Assembly (NCBI GenBank): GCA_964016885.1
Contig: OZ024748.1
Coordinates: 49,848,001 to 49,912,000 of the forward strand
DNA: 64,000 nucleotides
DNA from: Eledone cirrhosa
Lineage: Eukaryota
Direction: 5' to 3'
Shown: positions 40,978-57,600 of the stretch, piece by piece
Layout of the letters: the number at the start of each line of letters is the position of its first letter
Numbering within the stretch: the stretch's first letter is position 1
Notes under the pieces: generated by a model
What the model was told of the DNA's origin: nothing
Seen by the model: the letters and a program-made list of their open reading frames with translations, nothing else
The model's database searches: none
Position numbers and translations under genes: made by a program

Positions 40978-43900
40978 AGCACTACCATCACTACCACCAC
41001 TACCACAACTACTATCACTAGCACCAGTACCACCACCACCACCACCAACACCACCGGGCAAGTACCAGCACTACCATCACTACCACCACTACCACAACTA
41101 CTATCACTAGCACCACTACCACCACCACCACCACCAACACCACCGGCAAGTACCAGCACTACCATCACTACCACCACCAACAACACACCACCACCATCGC
41201 AACCACTAGTTCCACTCTCCCGCCCACCACCACCACCATCAACACCACTACCACCACCATCGCAACCACTACCACCACCATCATCACAACCACCACCATT
41301 TCCACTAACCCCAACAGCACTACAACCACCACAACTCCTCCTACCACACTCCACCTACCAACAAATACACGACTATATCAAACATGTCTCGACTACCACC
41401 CCTACTGCCTACCACCGCCACCACAACCAGAACCACAACCACACCACCACCACACACTCCCACCACTACCACCACACCACCTCCAGCATCACAACCACCA
41501 TCACCACCAATACTACCACAACCACCATCACCCCCCATCACTACCATCACTACCACCAACACCATTACCCCATCACCCCCAACACCACCATTACTACCAC
41601 AAACACAAACACCACCATCACCACCATTACTATCACCAACACATCCCACCATTAGTACCACTAACACCAACACCAACATCACCACCGTTACTACCACCAA
41701 CACCATCACCACCATTACTACCACCACCACCATCACCACCAATCACCACCACACCATCACCCACCATTACTACCACCAACACCATCACCACCATCACCAC
41801 CCATTACTACCACAAACACCAACACCATCACCCCCATTACTACCAAACACAAACACCACCACCATCACTCCCAACACCACCACCATCACCACCATTACTA
41901 CCACAAACACCATCACCAATACCACCACCACCATTACTACCACAAACACCATCACCATACCATCATCATCATTACTACTACAAAAAACACCAACACCATC
42001 ACCACCATTACTACCACAAACACCACCACCATCATCCCCAAAACCACCATCACCACCATTACTACCATAAACACCATCACCAATACCATCACCATCATTA
42101 CTACTACAAAAAACAGCAACACCATCACCACCATTACTACCACAATCACCAACACCAATACCATCACCCCCATCACCACCATTACTACTACAAACACCAA
42201 CACCATCACCACCATTACTACTACAAACACCAACACCAATACCATCACCCCCAACACCACCATTACTACGACAAACACCAACACCAATACCATCACCCCC
42301 AACACCACCATTACTACTACAAACACCAACACCAATACCATCACCCCCAACACCACCATTACTACTACAAACACCAACACCAATATCATCACCACCATCA
42401 CCACCATTACTACCACAAACACCAACGCCAATACCATCACCCCCAACACCACCATTACTACCACAATCACCAATACCATCACCCCCATCACCACCATTAC
42501 TACACAAACACCAACACCATCACCACCATTACTACCACAAACACCAACACCAATACCATCACCCCCAACACCACCATTACTACTACAATCACCAACACCA
42601 ATACCATCACCTCATCACCACCATTACTACCACAAACACCAACACCATCACCACCATTACTACCATAAACACCAACACCATCACCACCATTACTACCACA
42701 ATCACCAACACCAATACCATCACCCCCATCACCACCATTACTACCACAATCACCAACACCAATACCATCACCCCCATCACCACCATTACTACTACAATCA
42801 CCAACACCAATACCATCACCCCCAACACCACCATTACTACTACAATCACCAACGCCAATACCATCACCCCCATCACCACCATTACTACTACAAACACCAA
42901 CACCATCACCACCATTACTACCACCATCACCAACACCAATACCATCACCCCCATCACCACCATTACTACCACAAACACCAACACCAATACCATCACCCCC
43001 CATCACCACCATTACTACCACAATCACCAACACCAATACCATCACCCCCATGACCACCATTACTACCACAAACACCAACACCAATACCATCAGCCCCAAC
43101 ACCACCATTACTACTACAATCACCAACGCCAATACCATCACCCCCAAGACCACCATTACTACTACAATCACCAACGCCAATACCATCACCCCCCAACACC
43201 ACCATTACTACTACAATCACCAACGCCAATACCATCACCACCATCACCACCATTACTACTACAATCACCAACGCCAATACCATCACCACCATCACCAACA
43301 TTACTACTACAATCACCAACGCCAATACCATCACCCCCAACACCACCATTACTACTACGAATCACCAACGCCAATACCATCACCACCATCACCACCATTA
43401 CTACTACAATCACCAACACCAATACCATCACCACCATCACCACCATTACTACTACAATCACCAACGCCAATACCATCACCACCATCACCACCATTACTAC
43501 TACAATCACCAACGCCAATACCATCACCACCATCACCACCATTACTACTACAAACACCAACACCAATACCATCACCCCCATCACCACCATTACAACTACA
43601 ATCACCAACGCCAATACCATCACCCCAACACCACCATTACTACTACAATCACCAACGCCAATACCATCACCACCATCACCACCATTACTACTACAATCAC
43701 CAACGCCAATACCATCACCACCATCACCACCATTACTACTACAATCACCAACGCCAATACCATCACCACCATCACCACCATTACTACTACAAACACCAAC
43801 ACCAATACCATCACCCCCATCACCACCATTACTACTACAATCACCAACGCCAATACCATCACCCCCAACACCACCATTACTACCACAAACACCACCCACC

Positions 43901-46826
43901 AATACCATCACCACCATCACCACCATTACTACTACACACCACCCAACTCCAAACCACACCCCCAACACCACCCATACTACCACACCCACACCAACACCAC
44001 CAACACCACCAACCAACACCACCAACACCACAACACCAACACCCACACCACACCCCACAACACCACCATACACCACACCCCAACACCCCAATACCATCAC
44101 CCCCAACACCACCATTACTACCACAACACCAACACCAAACCATATCACCACCAACACCCAACACCACCAACACCCAACACCAACACCAAACCATCACCCC
44201 CACACCACCATTACTACTACAAACACCAACACCAATACCATCACAACCATTACTACCACAATCACCAACACCAATACCATCACCACCATCACCACCATTA
44301 CTACTACAAACACCAACAACCAATACCATCACCCCCATCACCACCATTACTACTACAAACACCAACACCAATACCATCACCCCCATCACCACCATTACTA
44401 CTACAATCACCAACACCAATACCATCACAACTATTACTACCACAATCACCAACACCAATACCATCACCACCATCACCACCATTACTACTACAAACACCAA
44501 CACCAATACCATCACCCCCATCACCACCATTACTACTACAATCACCAACACCAATACCATCACAACCATTACTACCACAATCACCAACACCAATACCATC
44601 ACCACCATCACCACCATTACTACTACAATCACCAACGCCAATACCATCACCACCATCACCACCATTACTACTACAAACACCAACACCAATACCATCACCC
44701 CCATCACCACCATTACAACTACAATCACCAACGCCAATACCATCACCCCAACACCACCATTACTACTACAATCACCAACGCCAATACCATCACCACCATC
44801 ACCACCATTACTACTACAATCACCAACGCCAATACCATCACACCCATCACCACCATTACTACTACAATCACCAACTCCAATACCATCACCACCATCACCA
44901 CCATACTACTACAACACCAACACCACCCATACCATCACCCCCATCACCACCATACTACTACAACACCAACGCCAATACCATCACCCCCAACACCACCATT
45001 ACTACCACAAACACCAACACCAACCAACACCCCCATCACCACCATACAACACCACCACCCAATACCAACACCCCCACACCCCATACACCACAACACCACC
45101 CAACCACACCCCCAACACCACCATACACCACCAAACACCCACACCCACCCACCACCCAAACCACCACCCCCCACACCACCATACCACAACACCACACCAA
45201 CCAACACCCACCCAACACCCACCAACCACCACAACACCACACACCACACCATACCACCCACCACCCCACCAACAACACCAACACCAACCCATACCACCAC
45301 CCCCAACACCACCCATACACCACACCACACCAACCAACCACACAACAACACCAACACCAATACCACACCAACCATCACCACCATCACCACCATTACTACT
45401 ACAACACCCAACACCAATACCATCACCCCCATCACCCACCATTACTACTACAAACACCAACACCAATACCATCACCCCCCATCACCACCATTACTACTAC
45501 AATCACCAACACCAATACCATCACAACATTACTACCACAATCACCAACACCAATACCATCACCCACCACATACTACTACAAACACCAACACCAATACCAT
45601 CACCCCCATCACCACCATTACTACTACAATCACCAACACCAATACCATCACAACCATACTACCACAATCACCAACACCAATACCATCACCACCATCACAA
45701 CCATTACTACCACAATCACCAACACCAATACCATCACCCCCAACACCACCATTACTACCACAATCACCAACACCAATACCATCACCCCCATCACCACCAT
45801 TACTACCACAATCACCAACACCAATACCATCACCCCCCAACACCACCATTACTACCACAATCACCAACACCAATACCATCACCACCATCACAACCATTAC
45901 TACCACAATCACCAACACCAATACCATCACCCCCAACACCACCATTACTACCACAATCACCAACACCAATACCATCACCCACCATCACCACCATTACTAC
46001 CACAATCACCAACACCAATACCATCACCCCCATCACCACCATTACTACTACAAACACCAACACCAATACCATCACCCCCATCACCACCATTACTACTACA
46101 ATCACCAACACCAATACCATCACCCCCCAACACCACCATTACTACTACAATCACCAACACCAATACCATCACCCCCATCACCACCATTACTACCACAATC
46201 ACCAACACCAATACCATCACCCCCATCACCACCATTACTACTACAAACACCAACACCAATACCATCACCCCCATCACCACCATTACTACCACAATCACCA
46301 ACACCCAATACCATCACCACCATCACCACCATTACTACCCACAAACACCAACACCAATACCATCACCCCCCATCACCACCATTACTACCACAATCACCAA
46401 CACCAATACCATCACCACCATCACCACCATTACTACTACAAACACCAACACCAATACCATCACCCCCAACACCACCATTACTACTACAAACACCAACACC
46501 AATACCATCACCTCCAACACCACCATTACTACCACAATCACCAACACCAATACCATCACCACTATCACCACCATTACTACTACAAACACCAACACCATCA
46601 CCACCATTACTACTACAATCACCAACACCAATACCATCACCCCCATCACCACCATTACTACCACAATCACCAACACCATCACCACCATCACCACCATACC
46701 CATCACCACCATTACTACTACAAACACCAACACCATCACCACCATTACTACTACAATCACCAACACCATCACAACCATTACTACCACAATCACCAACACC
46801 AATACCATCACCCCCAACACCACCAT
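40978..46826. repeat. ~5.8-kb C/A-rich minisatellite, main unit 48 bp
   Basis: Unit caccaacaccaataccatcacccccatcaccaccattactactacaat with 33-bp deletion variants. The + strand is almost G-free. Confidence 0.92.
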
Positions 46827-47187
46827 GATCTGAAACAACAACCCCATTTTCTAAGATTCTTGTTCTGAAAACCCTGAAATTCCTGTAGATTAGAGAAGTA
46901 AAAAGCTGACGTTTAGATACGGCCATTTTGTGATCTGTGACAGCGAAAAGGAACAGTTGAATAGATACATCACACTTTTAACTTCCTTAAACGATTCTTA
47001 TATATTTGATATATCAAATATTTGTTGTTTTTGTTGTTACTGATGATGCTGATATCATAATTGTTGTTGTTCTTGTTGTTAGCAATGTAACTATTTTTAT
47101 TGTACTTTTCGTAGCAGACGTTGTTGTTGTTGTTAGAGCGTGTCATAGAGTGCATATGGTTTTAATCATATATGTATATATATACAT

Positions 47188-47261
<74 letters not shown>

Positions 47262-47319
47262 GTAATAAATATATATATGTATATATATATATGTAGATAT
47301 ATACGTATCTATATATATG

Positions 47320-47395
<76 letters not shown>

Positions 47396-47503
47396 TGTAT
47401 ACATATATATGTATGTATGTATATATATATATACATATATGTATACATATATATGTATATATATATGTATATATATATATATATATATATGCATATATAT
47501 ATG

Positions 47504-47539
<36 letters not shown>

Positions 47540-47607
47540 AAACATATACAAAAATACGAATAAATAGAATGATAAACAAAGCATAGAGACATACATAAAC
47601 ATATGTA

Positions 47608-47768
<161 letters not shown>

Positions 47769-47769
47769 A

Positions 47770-47811
<42 letters not shown>

Positions 47812-48075
47812 TATATGTATTATTATGTCTGTATGCCTTGTTTATCAATCTATTTATACGTATTTTTGTCTGTGCCAGTGTGTTGTATTATCACAAAAGT
47901 AAATTAATTAGAAAATGTGTTCTAACTTCAGTTATTTTTTAAAATTATTATTTTACTTCCTAGACATACATATGTATTGGAAATGTTTGTATAAATTCTT
48001 TGTTTATCAATTGTGGTTGAATGTTTTTGTACGACTACCTTTATGGATATATATGCATACATATATAAATATGTG

Positions 48076-48133
<58 letters not shown>

Positions 48134-48198
48134 ATATATATACGTATATATATATACGTATATATATATATATATATATATACGTATACGTTTACAAA

Positions 48199-48252
<54 letters not shown>

Positions 48253-48615
48253 CAAACACATATGTATATGTATATGTATATATGTATGTATGTATATATG
48301 TATGTATGCATGCATGTGTGTATATGTGTATATATGTGTATACGTATACATTTGTGTATGTATATATATGTATGTATGTATGTATATATGTATACATGTA
48401 TGTATATATGTATGTATATATGTATGTATATATGTATGTATATATGTATGTATATATGTATGTATGTGTGTATGTTTGTGTGTATGTGTTTGTAAGACAT
48501 TCTTTCGTTAACGCTGGTATTTACTGTTAGTTTATTCTGTTATCAGGTATTATAACAAAACAACAACAACAACAACAGCAAGATTAAGAAGAACAAAGTT
48601 AATAAGGAAAATAAC

Positions 48616-48815
48616 NNNNNNNNNNNNNNNNNNNNNNNNNNNNNNNNNNNNNNNNNNNNNNNNNNNNNNNNNNNNNNNNNNNNNNNNNNNNNNNNNNNNN
48701 NNNNNNNNNNNNNNNNNNNNNNNNNNNNNNNNNNNNNNNNNNNNNNNNNNNNNNNNNNNNNNNNNNNNNNNNNNNNNNNNNNNNNNNNNNNNNNNNNNNN
48801 NNNNNNNNNNNNNNN
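48616..48815. other. Assembly gap (200 N)
   Basis: Run of n. Confidence 1.
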
Positions 48816-48990
48816 AAATTAATTAGAAAATGTGTTCTAACTTCAGTTATTTTTTAAAATTATTATTTTACTTCCTAGACATACATATGTATTGGAAATG
48901 TTTGTATAAATTCTTTGTTTATCAATTGTGGTTGAATGTTTTTGTACGACTACCTTTATGGATATATATGCATACATATATAAATATGTG

Positions 48991-49073
<83 letters not shown>

Positions 49074-49108
49074 GTATATATATATATATATACGTATACG
49101 TTTATAAA

Positions 49109-49148
<40 letters not shown>

Positions 49149-49614
49149 CAAACACATATGTATATTTATATGTATATATGTATGTATGTATGTATGTATA
49201 TATGTATGTATGCATGTATGTGTGTATATGTGTATATATGTGTATACGTATACATTTGTGTATGTATATATATGTATGGTATGTATGTATATATGTATAC
49301 ATGTATGTATATATGTATATATGTATGTATATATGTATGTATATATGTATGTATATATGTATGTATGTGTGTATGTTTGTGTGTATGTGTTTGTAAGACA
49401 TTCTTTCGTTAACGCTGGTATTTACTGTTAGTTTATTCTGTTATCAGGTATTATAACAAAACAACAACAACAACAACAGCAAGATTAAGAAGAACAAAGT
49501 TAATAAGGAAAATAACAATACAAATCATAAAAATAATACTAAGAAGAATATAATGATGATGGCAATGGCGACGACGACGACGACAACAACAACAAGAACA
49601 ACAACAACAACAAC

Positions 49615-49649
<35 letters not shown>

Positions 49650-49684
49650 TAATAATAATAATAGGGGAGGAGTGCAAGAGCCTC

Positions 49685-49769
<85 letters not shown>

Positions 49770-49869
49770 TTAATGAACCTTTAACGAACGTTGCCAAGCA
49801 GACAGGATTATGTCAAAAAATGAGATAAGTTGAGTGGGGGAGGGGTTCATTAAACATTACCATAGAGAG

Positions 49870-50044
49870 AGAACCACCACCACCACCACCACCACCACCA
49901 CCACCAACAACAACAACAACGCCATGAACATGAATAACAAGAATTTCAAAAGTAGCAGCAACAACAACAATAACCTCCATCCTCAACACCTCCACCACCA
50001 CAAATACCACTAACACGTAAACCACCACCACCACCACCACCACC

Positions 50045-50092
<48 letters not shown>

Positions 50093-50323
50093 AACCAAAA
50101 TCATCTACAATAAGAGCAAGAACAATAAAAGGAGGAACAACAACAAAATAACCACCTTCACCACCGCCACCACCACCACAAATATCACTAACAAGAAAAG
50201 CCTCGCTACCTCTACCAAATCCCCCGCCACCATCACCACCTTCACCACCACCAACAACAAAATCTCCAGCATCACCACCAACAAAAATAATGATAAAACG
50301 CCACCACCACCACCACCACGACC

Positions 50324-50358
<35 letters not shown>

Positions 50359-50856
50359 GAAAAACACAGCAAGAACTCTACCAACCTCCACCACCACCAC
50401 CAATAACAACAACAGTAACAAGAACAAGAACAAGAACAAGAACAAGAACAAGAACAAGAAAAACAGCAAGAACTCTACCAACCTCCACCACCACCACCAC
50501 CACCACCACCACGACACTACCAACAACAACAACAATAACAACAATAACAACAACAACAACAACAACAACACGAACAAGAAAAAACACAGCAAGAACTCTA
50601 CCATCCTCCTCCACCACCACACCACCAACAACAACAACAATAACAACAACAACAACAACAACACGAACAAGAAAACACAGCAAGAACTCTACCAACCTCC
50701 ACCACCACACCACCACCAACAACAACAATAACAACAACAACAACAACACGAACAAGAAAAACACAGCAATAACTCTACCAACCTCCACCACCACCACCAC
50801 CACCACCACCATCACCACCAACAACAACAACAACAGTAACAACAACAACAACAACA
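49870..50856. repeat. (CAA)n/(CCA)n compound repeat with a ~100-bp higher-order unit
   Basis: aagaaaaacacagcaagaactctaccaacctcc recurs five times between ~50357 and 50785. Confidence 0.85.
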
Positions 50857-51086
50857 AATTGGAACGGTCGGATACTGATAAGCAGAAAAGTTTCGTTAAT
50901 TATATCTGCCCCCTATTGCTATCTACCCGGCCAAAAAAGAACCCTTAATTGTGGGTCGTTTCTCTAGATAGGTTTCTTCACGTGATGGAACTGTGCCACG
51001 TCAACGAAGATTTTATCATCGAATTTACCTGCCCCTTCCTCACCTCTTCATTGTTTTGTGTTCTAGTCATCATCATCATCGTCACC

Positions 51087-51120
<34 letters not shown>

Positions 51121-51284
51121 TCAATAGCAGTAGCAACATATCAAGAACCTCACCCTTCTAATGTGAAATGCAACAATGGTTGGGTCGCCATTTCGTTAAC
51201 GAGGTTTCCTTTTTAACATCTTTCAATTTGTAGAGTCATGTCAAAGATTTGAAACTTATCACCATTTTTAACAACATCCTCATG

Positions 51285-51932
51285 ATCATCACCACCTCCA
51301 GCCTCACTACCATCTGCACCCCCCCCCCCCCGGTCACTGCCACCGGCACCAACACCACCAACACCACCACCACCACAACAACCACCAGCACCCCACCCAC
51401 TCCCATCACCACCACCACCACCATCACCACCACAACCACCAGCACCCTAGCCACTCCCATCACCACCACCACCACCACCACCACCACCACCACCACCACC
51501 ACCACCACCACCACCACCACCACCACAACCACCAGCACCCCAGCCACTCCCATCACCTCCATTACCCCCCCCCCCCCCTACCACCACCACCAGCACCCCA
51601 GCCACTCCCATCACCACCATTACCACCACCACCACCACTAACACCACCACCATTACCACAACCACAACCACCACTCCCATCACCACCACTACCACCACCA
51701 CCACTAACACCACCACCATTACCACAACCACAACCACCACTCCCATCACCACCATTACCACCACCACCACCACTAACACCACCACCACAACCACCACCAC
51801 CATCACCACCATTACCACCACCACCACCACCACCACCACCACCACCACCACCACATCCACCAGCACCCCAGCCACTCCCATCACCACCACCACCACCACC
51901 ACCACCACCACCACCACTAACACCACTACCAA
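51285..51932. repeat. (ACC)n-rich repeat
   Basis: Direct reading; accagcaccccagccactcccatcacc recurs. Confidence 0.9.
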
Positions 51933-52353
51933 TACGTGGTCGACGTTACAGTAGTAAAGTGTTGACTTCAATTGTAACATGTATGACAAACAACCACGTG
52001 CTGACAATGATGTGATTTCTACCTTCAGCACAGGGCCAGTAATTTGGGAATTAAGGGAAGTAGATTAAATCGACACCAATATTTTACTGGTATCTTATCT
52101 AATCGAAACTTTGGTAGGATGAAAGGCAAAGTTCACTCAGTACTGCAGACGGAAAATATAACCTCTCCCCCCAAATATAACCCCCCCCCCCAAAAAAAAA
52201 TAAACAAACCCAAAACATACATCAATATATAAATTTGATCGACTTCCGCCCGTCCGTCACACCATGTGGAAGGAAGGGGATGGTAAAAAAAAACTATAGC
52301 AAAACAGCGCCTGGCGTCTCATTTGCTACGCTATGTGTGAGTGTATATGTAAA

Positions 52354-52388
<35 letters not shown>

Positions 52389-52705
52389 TTGTGTGAATGT
52401 ATGTATATTTTTGTGAATGTTTGTCTGTGAGTATATTTTTTTGTAAGTGTGTCTGTGTTTGTGCGTTTATATTTATATATTCATACATATAAATGTATGC
52501 ATATGCACATACACACACGTAGACACATATATATACACACACACGCCAGTGTGTTGAAAGAACACACACACACACACACACACATCAATTAAACATTAGA
52601 ACAATATAACAAGAGAATTATGGAGGAAAGCAGAGAGGGGAATATGGAAGACAGGATAGAAAGAGTTAACAATGTCTCCAGAAGTTTTATAATGATATAA
52701 AGATA

Positions 52706-53272
52706 ATTGTTTCTACTATTGGCACAAGGCCAGCAATTACCCCAGTACATTACTGGTACTTTATTTTATCGTCCCCGTAAGGATGAAAGGCAAAGTTGAC
52801 ATCGGCGGGATTTGACCTCAGAATGGCAAGGGCCGTAACTCTAAGCGTCAAAGCCAGGCGTCCGACCCTCTACCGATACTGCCAATGGTTTCTAGTATAG
52901 GCGCAAGGCCGGTAATTTTGGGGGGGGAGGAGGGAAAAGTTGATTAAATCGACTCCAGTATGTTACTGGTATTTTATTTTATCGACCCAGTAAGGATGAA
53001 AGGCAAAGCTAACCCCGGCGGGATTTCAACTCAGACCGTAAGGGACCATAATTCTATGCTGCAAAGCATGGCGTCCAACCCTCTACTGATAATTGTTTCT
53101 ACGTTAGGCACAAGGCCAGCAATTACTCAGTGCATTACTGGTACTTTATTTTATCGACCCCGTAAGGATGAAAGGCAAAGTCAACCTCGGCGGGATTTGA
53201 ACTCAGACCGTAAAGGGACGTAACTATGCTGGAAAGCATGGCGTCCGACCCTCTACCGATACTGCCAATCTA
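52706..53272 (-). mobile_element. Trimer of SINE family A units flanked by one TSD
   Basis: Three head-to-tail units. ataatgatataaagataa at ~52689-52706 and ~53284-53301. Confidence 0.85.
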
Positions 53273-53405
53273 ACACTTTACTGATAATGATATAAAGATA
53301 AAAGTCAAGTTGATCTCCGTGTGTCTGTCACAGCATATATGTAAAAGAAGGGAAGGAGGGGAGGAATCAAAGGGGGAGATAACTCATGTGACAACATTAA
53401 TGTCA

Positions 53406-53598
53406 GGCGGTGGATTGGCAGTATCGGTAGAGGGTCGGACGTCATGCTTTGACGCATAGAGTTACGGCCCTTTCCATTCTGAGTTTAAATCCCGCCGAGG
53501 TTAACTTTGTCTTTCATACTTACGGGGGTCGATAAAATAAAGTACCAGTAATGCACTGGGATAATTGCTGGCCTTGTGCCAAAAATAGAAACAATTAT
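53406..53598 (+). mobile_element. SINE family A
   Basis: Complete A box, B box and tail. Confidence 0.9.
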
Positions 53599-53681
53599 TG
53601 TAAGAGGGAACAAAAGGTAGGAGGAAAAGTTGTTGTTGAGAGGGAAATACAGCGAGGGAGAGAGAGAGGGAGGGAGAGAGG

Positions 53682-53717
<36 letters not shown>

Positions 53718-53745
53718 CAGCGAGGGAGAGAGAGAGAGAAAGAGG

Positions 53746-53779
<34 letters not shown>

Positions 53780-53785
53780 GAGAGC

Positions 53786-53839
<54 letters not shown>

Positions 53840-53870
53840 AATACAGCGAGGGAGAGAGAGAGAGAAAGAG

Positions 53871-53906
<36 letters not shown>

Positions 53907-53912
53907 GAGAGC

Positions 53913-53969
<57 letters not shown>

Positions 53970-54132
53970 TGTGTGTGTGGTTGCTTGTGTTTTTCGACAT
54001 ATAGCCAAGGTAACATAGACTTAAAGAAGAAATAAAAACAACAACAAAAAACAAAAAGCACGGCATTGGTCCGCCATATTTAGATGTATATACACAATAC
54101 ATAATAGTTATTTTTCTGGTTGTTTATGTGTT

Positions 54133-54175
<43 letters not shown>

Positions 54176-54787
54176 ATGTATGTATGTATGTATGTGTGTA
54201 TGTGTGTAAGTATGTGTGTGTGTTTGTGTGTGTATGTGTGTGTGTATGTGTGTGTATGTGTGTGTGTGTGTGTATGTGTGTGTGTGTGTATGTGTGTGTG
54301 TGTGTATGTGTGTGTGTGTGTGTGTGTGTATGTGTGTGTGTGTGTGATTTTACGTCTGTGTGTTTTACCGGCAGCGTAGCGACGGGTATTTACTAGTTTG
54401 TAAAAATAAGCAGCACCATAAGCTTGTGTTCATTTATTTTAACATGGCTTATATTCTAGAACATTTCATGATTGTTCTTGTTATAAACAAAGTTACAGTA
54501 ATATTCTTGTTTTATTTCGTATGAAAAATAGTTTCATTTAATTTTATTTAATTAAACAGTTTCATTATTCATAACATCTTCTGTTGATTTACATCGTGAT
54601 CATTTTAATTACTATCTTTTAATTGAAAATAGCGCTTTTTATTCGTCTTTCCTATTTTAAATATTTACATTTATTGTTAAATTTCAACACCTAAGTCTCT
54701 TTTAGGTCTGAGTTAATATAGATACACATATGACAGTATGTATGTGTACACAGGACTGTATTATTCATCTGAATAGAGCTTTATGTA

Positions 54788-54853
<66 letters not shown>

Positions 54854-54897
54854 TAGAATACTATTAGCTTCTCGCTAAAACAATTTCTATACCTTTC

Positions 54898-54950
<53 letters not shown>

Positions 54951-55062
54951 ATAAACACCGCAAATATAATTATTCCATTACTCAAGGTTTCGCGAAGTAA
55001 ACGATTATAACAGAAATGTCTGATTTCGTTCTCTTCTTTTCTTTACTTTTTCTACGGAAATA

Positions 55063-55168
<106 letters not shown>

Positions 55169-55174
55169 TATATA

Positions 55175-55420
55175 TCATTTTATCATCATTTCATTTTACG
55201 TCCCCTTTTCCCTGCTTGCAAGGGTGGGACGGGAACTGATTCTGGCTTGATTTCTACAGCTGGATGCCCTTCTTAACACCAACCTCATTTACAGTGAGTG
55301 CTGGGTGCTTTTTTGCCGTGGCACCTGCACGACCACTTTACAGTGGAATGATAGGGACCTCAGTCTAAGTAAACCGAGTAAACTGGAGCAATGTGAAATA
55401 AAGTGTCTTGCTCAAGGAAA
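55175..55420 (-). mobile_element. 5'-truncated CORE-type SINE (13015 family)
   Basis: Reverse complement of 13100-13369. Confidence 0.85.
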
Positions 55421-55639
55421 CATATATATATATATTCGTAGAATAATGAGAGAAACTCAGTACATGGAAGCTGTTAAAACAGCAACATGACCTCTGTGCC
55501 CAGGTGTCTACACAATTAATCGTATAAGCTTTCCTTCATATTCTCCATCTCTGTAGAATGGTCCTGCTATAGAGCGCATCCACTGGTAACTGATTGTAGG
55601 AAGACAATTAGATGTAGATGTAAGTCGCGAATAAATCAG

Positions 55640-56075
55640 TGTGATGCCCCGTGAGTGTACTGTGACAACGCCCATAGTGTCTCCGTGTCACAGTGGATTA
55701 AGATGTATGCCTCAAACTAGGGACGTCTCAATACAAAGAGAGACAATAACCGCCCACTCAAGCAGTGAGTTTTCCATTGAAAATCCAAGCAAACAAAACC
55801 AAAAAAGAAGTAAACACATTAATTTAGTTTTTGGTTGCTGGAACGTTAGGACAGCAATGGGGAATGTAAACATTTCTGGAAGACCAGAGCAAAGAATAGA
55901 AGAATGTGGAAGACAGGGAATTAGTGTGTTATGATATAGACATAGAGGCACTCTCAGAGATGGACTAAACCAGTGGGAACTAGGTGGAGATTCTTGTGGT
56001 TAGGAAACGAGATAGTAAGTACGAGGTTAGGCTGGTGTTGGTCTTATTATTGCAATCACCCAAGACATCAAACCG
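55640..56075 (+). mobile_element. Decayed RTE-like LINE 5' region (APE endonuclease N-terminus)
   Basis: LVFGCWNVRT......RPEQR motif followed by degenerate IDI.ALSE-like sequence. Confidence 0.65.
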
Positions 56076-56128
56076 GTGTCGCATATACACATATACATAA
56101 ACACACACACATACACACACACGCACGC

Positions 56129-56274
<146 letters not shown>

Positions 56275-56455
56275 CTATCCTTATCGAGCCCTCTTTGGAT
56301 TTTAGTCTTCGAATTTATTATTATTACTATATATATACACATATATACGAATGTATATGAATATATACTCACACATATACACGCATGTATATGAATATTT
56401 ATACATACATACAAAACAAGGACACACACACACACACACGTACACACACAAACAC

Positions 56456-56509
<54 letters not shown>

Positions 56510-56675
56510 TCTCTCTCTCACACACGTCTATGTGAGTGTGTGTGTGTATATATATACAGAGGTATCCACAGTAAGTTGTAGGGTCTATTCTACAATGTAT
56601 TATCATCACCTAGAAACGATCGTAAAGCAGTGAAGTATATCTCTAATGTCTTGATTTTTTATTTCATTGTTTTAA

Positions 56676-56852
<177 letters not shown>

Positions 56853-56929
56853 GTGTGTGTCAGTGGTTGTGTTTATTATCATATGACACTGTATTGTTTA
56901 TATAAACGACCACTTTTAAAACTTTACTC

Positions 56930-57288
56930 CCTATATTTCCTTCTTTCTCTCTTTTTTCTTTCCTTCTTTCTTTATTTCTTTCTCTCTTCCATTCTTTCTT
57001 TTATTCTTCCATTCTTTCATTCTTTCTCTCTTCCATTCTTTCTTTATTTCTTTATTTCTTTCTTTATTTCTTTCTTCCTTTCTTTCAACCATTCTTTCTT
57101 TATTTCTTTCTCTCTTCCATTCTTTCTTTCTTTCATTCTCCCATTCTTTCTTTCTTTCGTTCTTTCTTTCCTTCTTTCTTTCTTTCTTTTTTCTATTCAT
57201 TCTTTCGTTCTTTCATTCTTCCATTCTTTCGTTCTTCCATTCTTCCATTCTTTCATTCTTTCTTCCATTCTTTCTTTCTTTCTTCCAT

Positions 57289-57352
<64 letters not shown>

Positions 57353-57600
57353 TTTTCCATTCATTCTTTCCACCTTCTTTTATCTATCTCTCATTCTCTT
57401 TCTATTCTACATTCTTTTTATCCCCAATTTCCACTCTAATCTCCTTCTTTCTTTCTCTCTATTTCCCACTCTCGCTCTATTCAACGTTCTTTCTTTCTAC
57501 CTCTCAATTCTCACTCTCTTCTACATACTTTCTTTCTTTCCTCTTTACTTCTTTCTCACTTTCTTTCCTTCTTTCCTTCCTTCATCTTCCGTTGTCTCTT
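56930..57600. repeat. (TTTC)n polypyrimidine tract
   Basis: Direct reading. Confidence 0.95.

Noticed and set aside
43050-46868. 1272-aa ORF (mucin/extensin-like)
   Set aside because: It arises from an almost G-free repeat that rarely forms stop codons. The peptide drifts between three repeat registers, and there is no signal peptide, domain or splice evidence.
50357-50790. CRISPR-like regularly spaced ~33-bp repeats
   Set aside because: The spacers are (CCA)n/(CAA)n microsatellites rather than unique sequence, the context is eukaryotic, and there are no cas genes.
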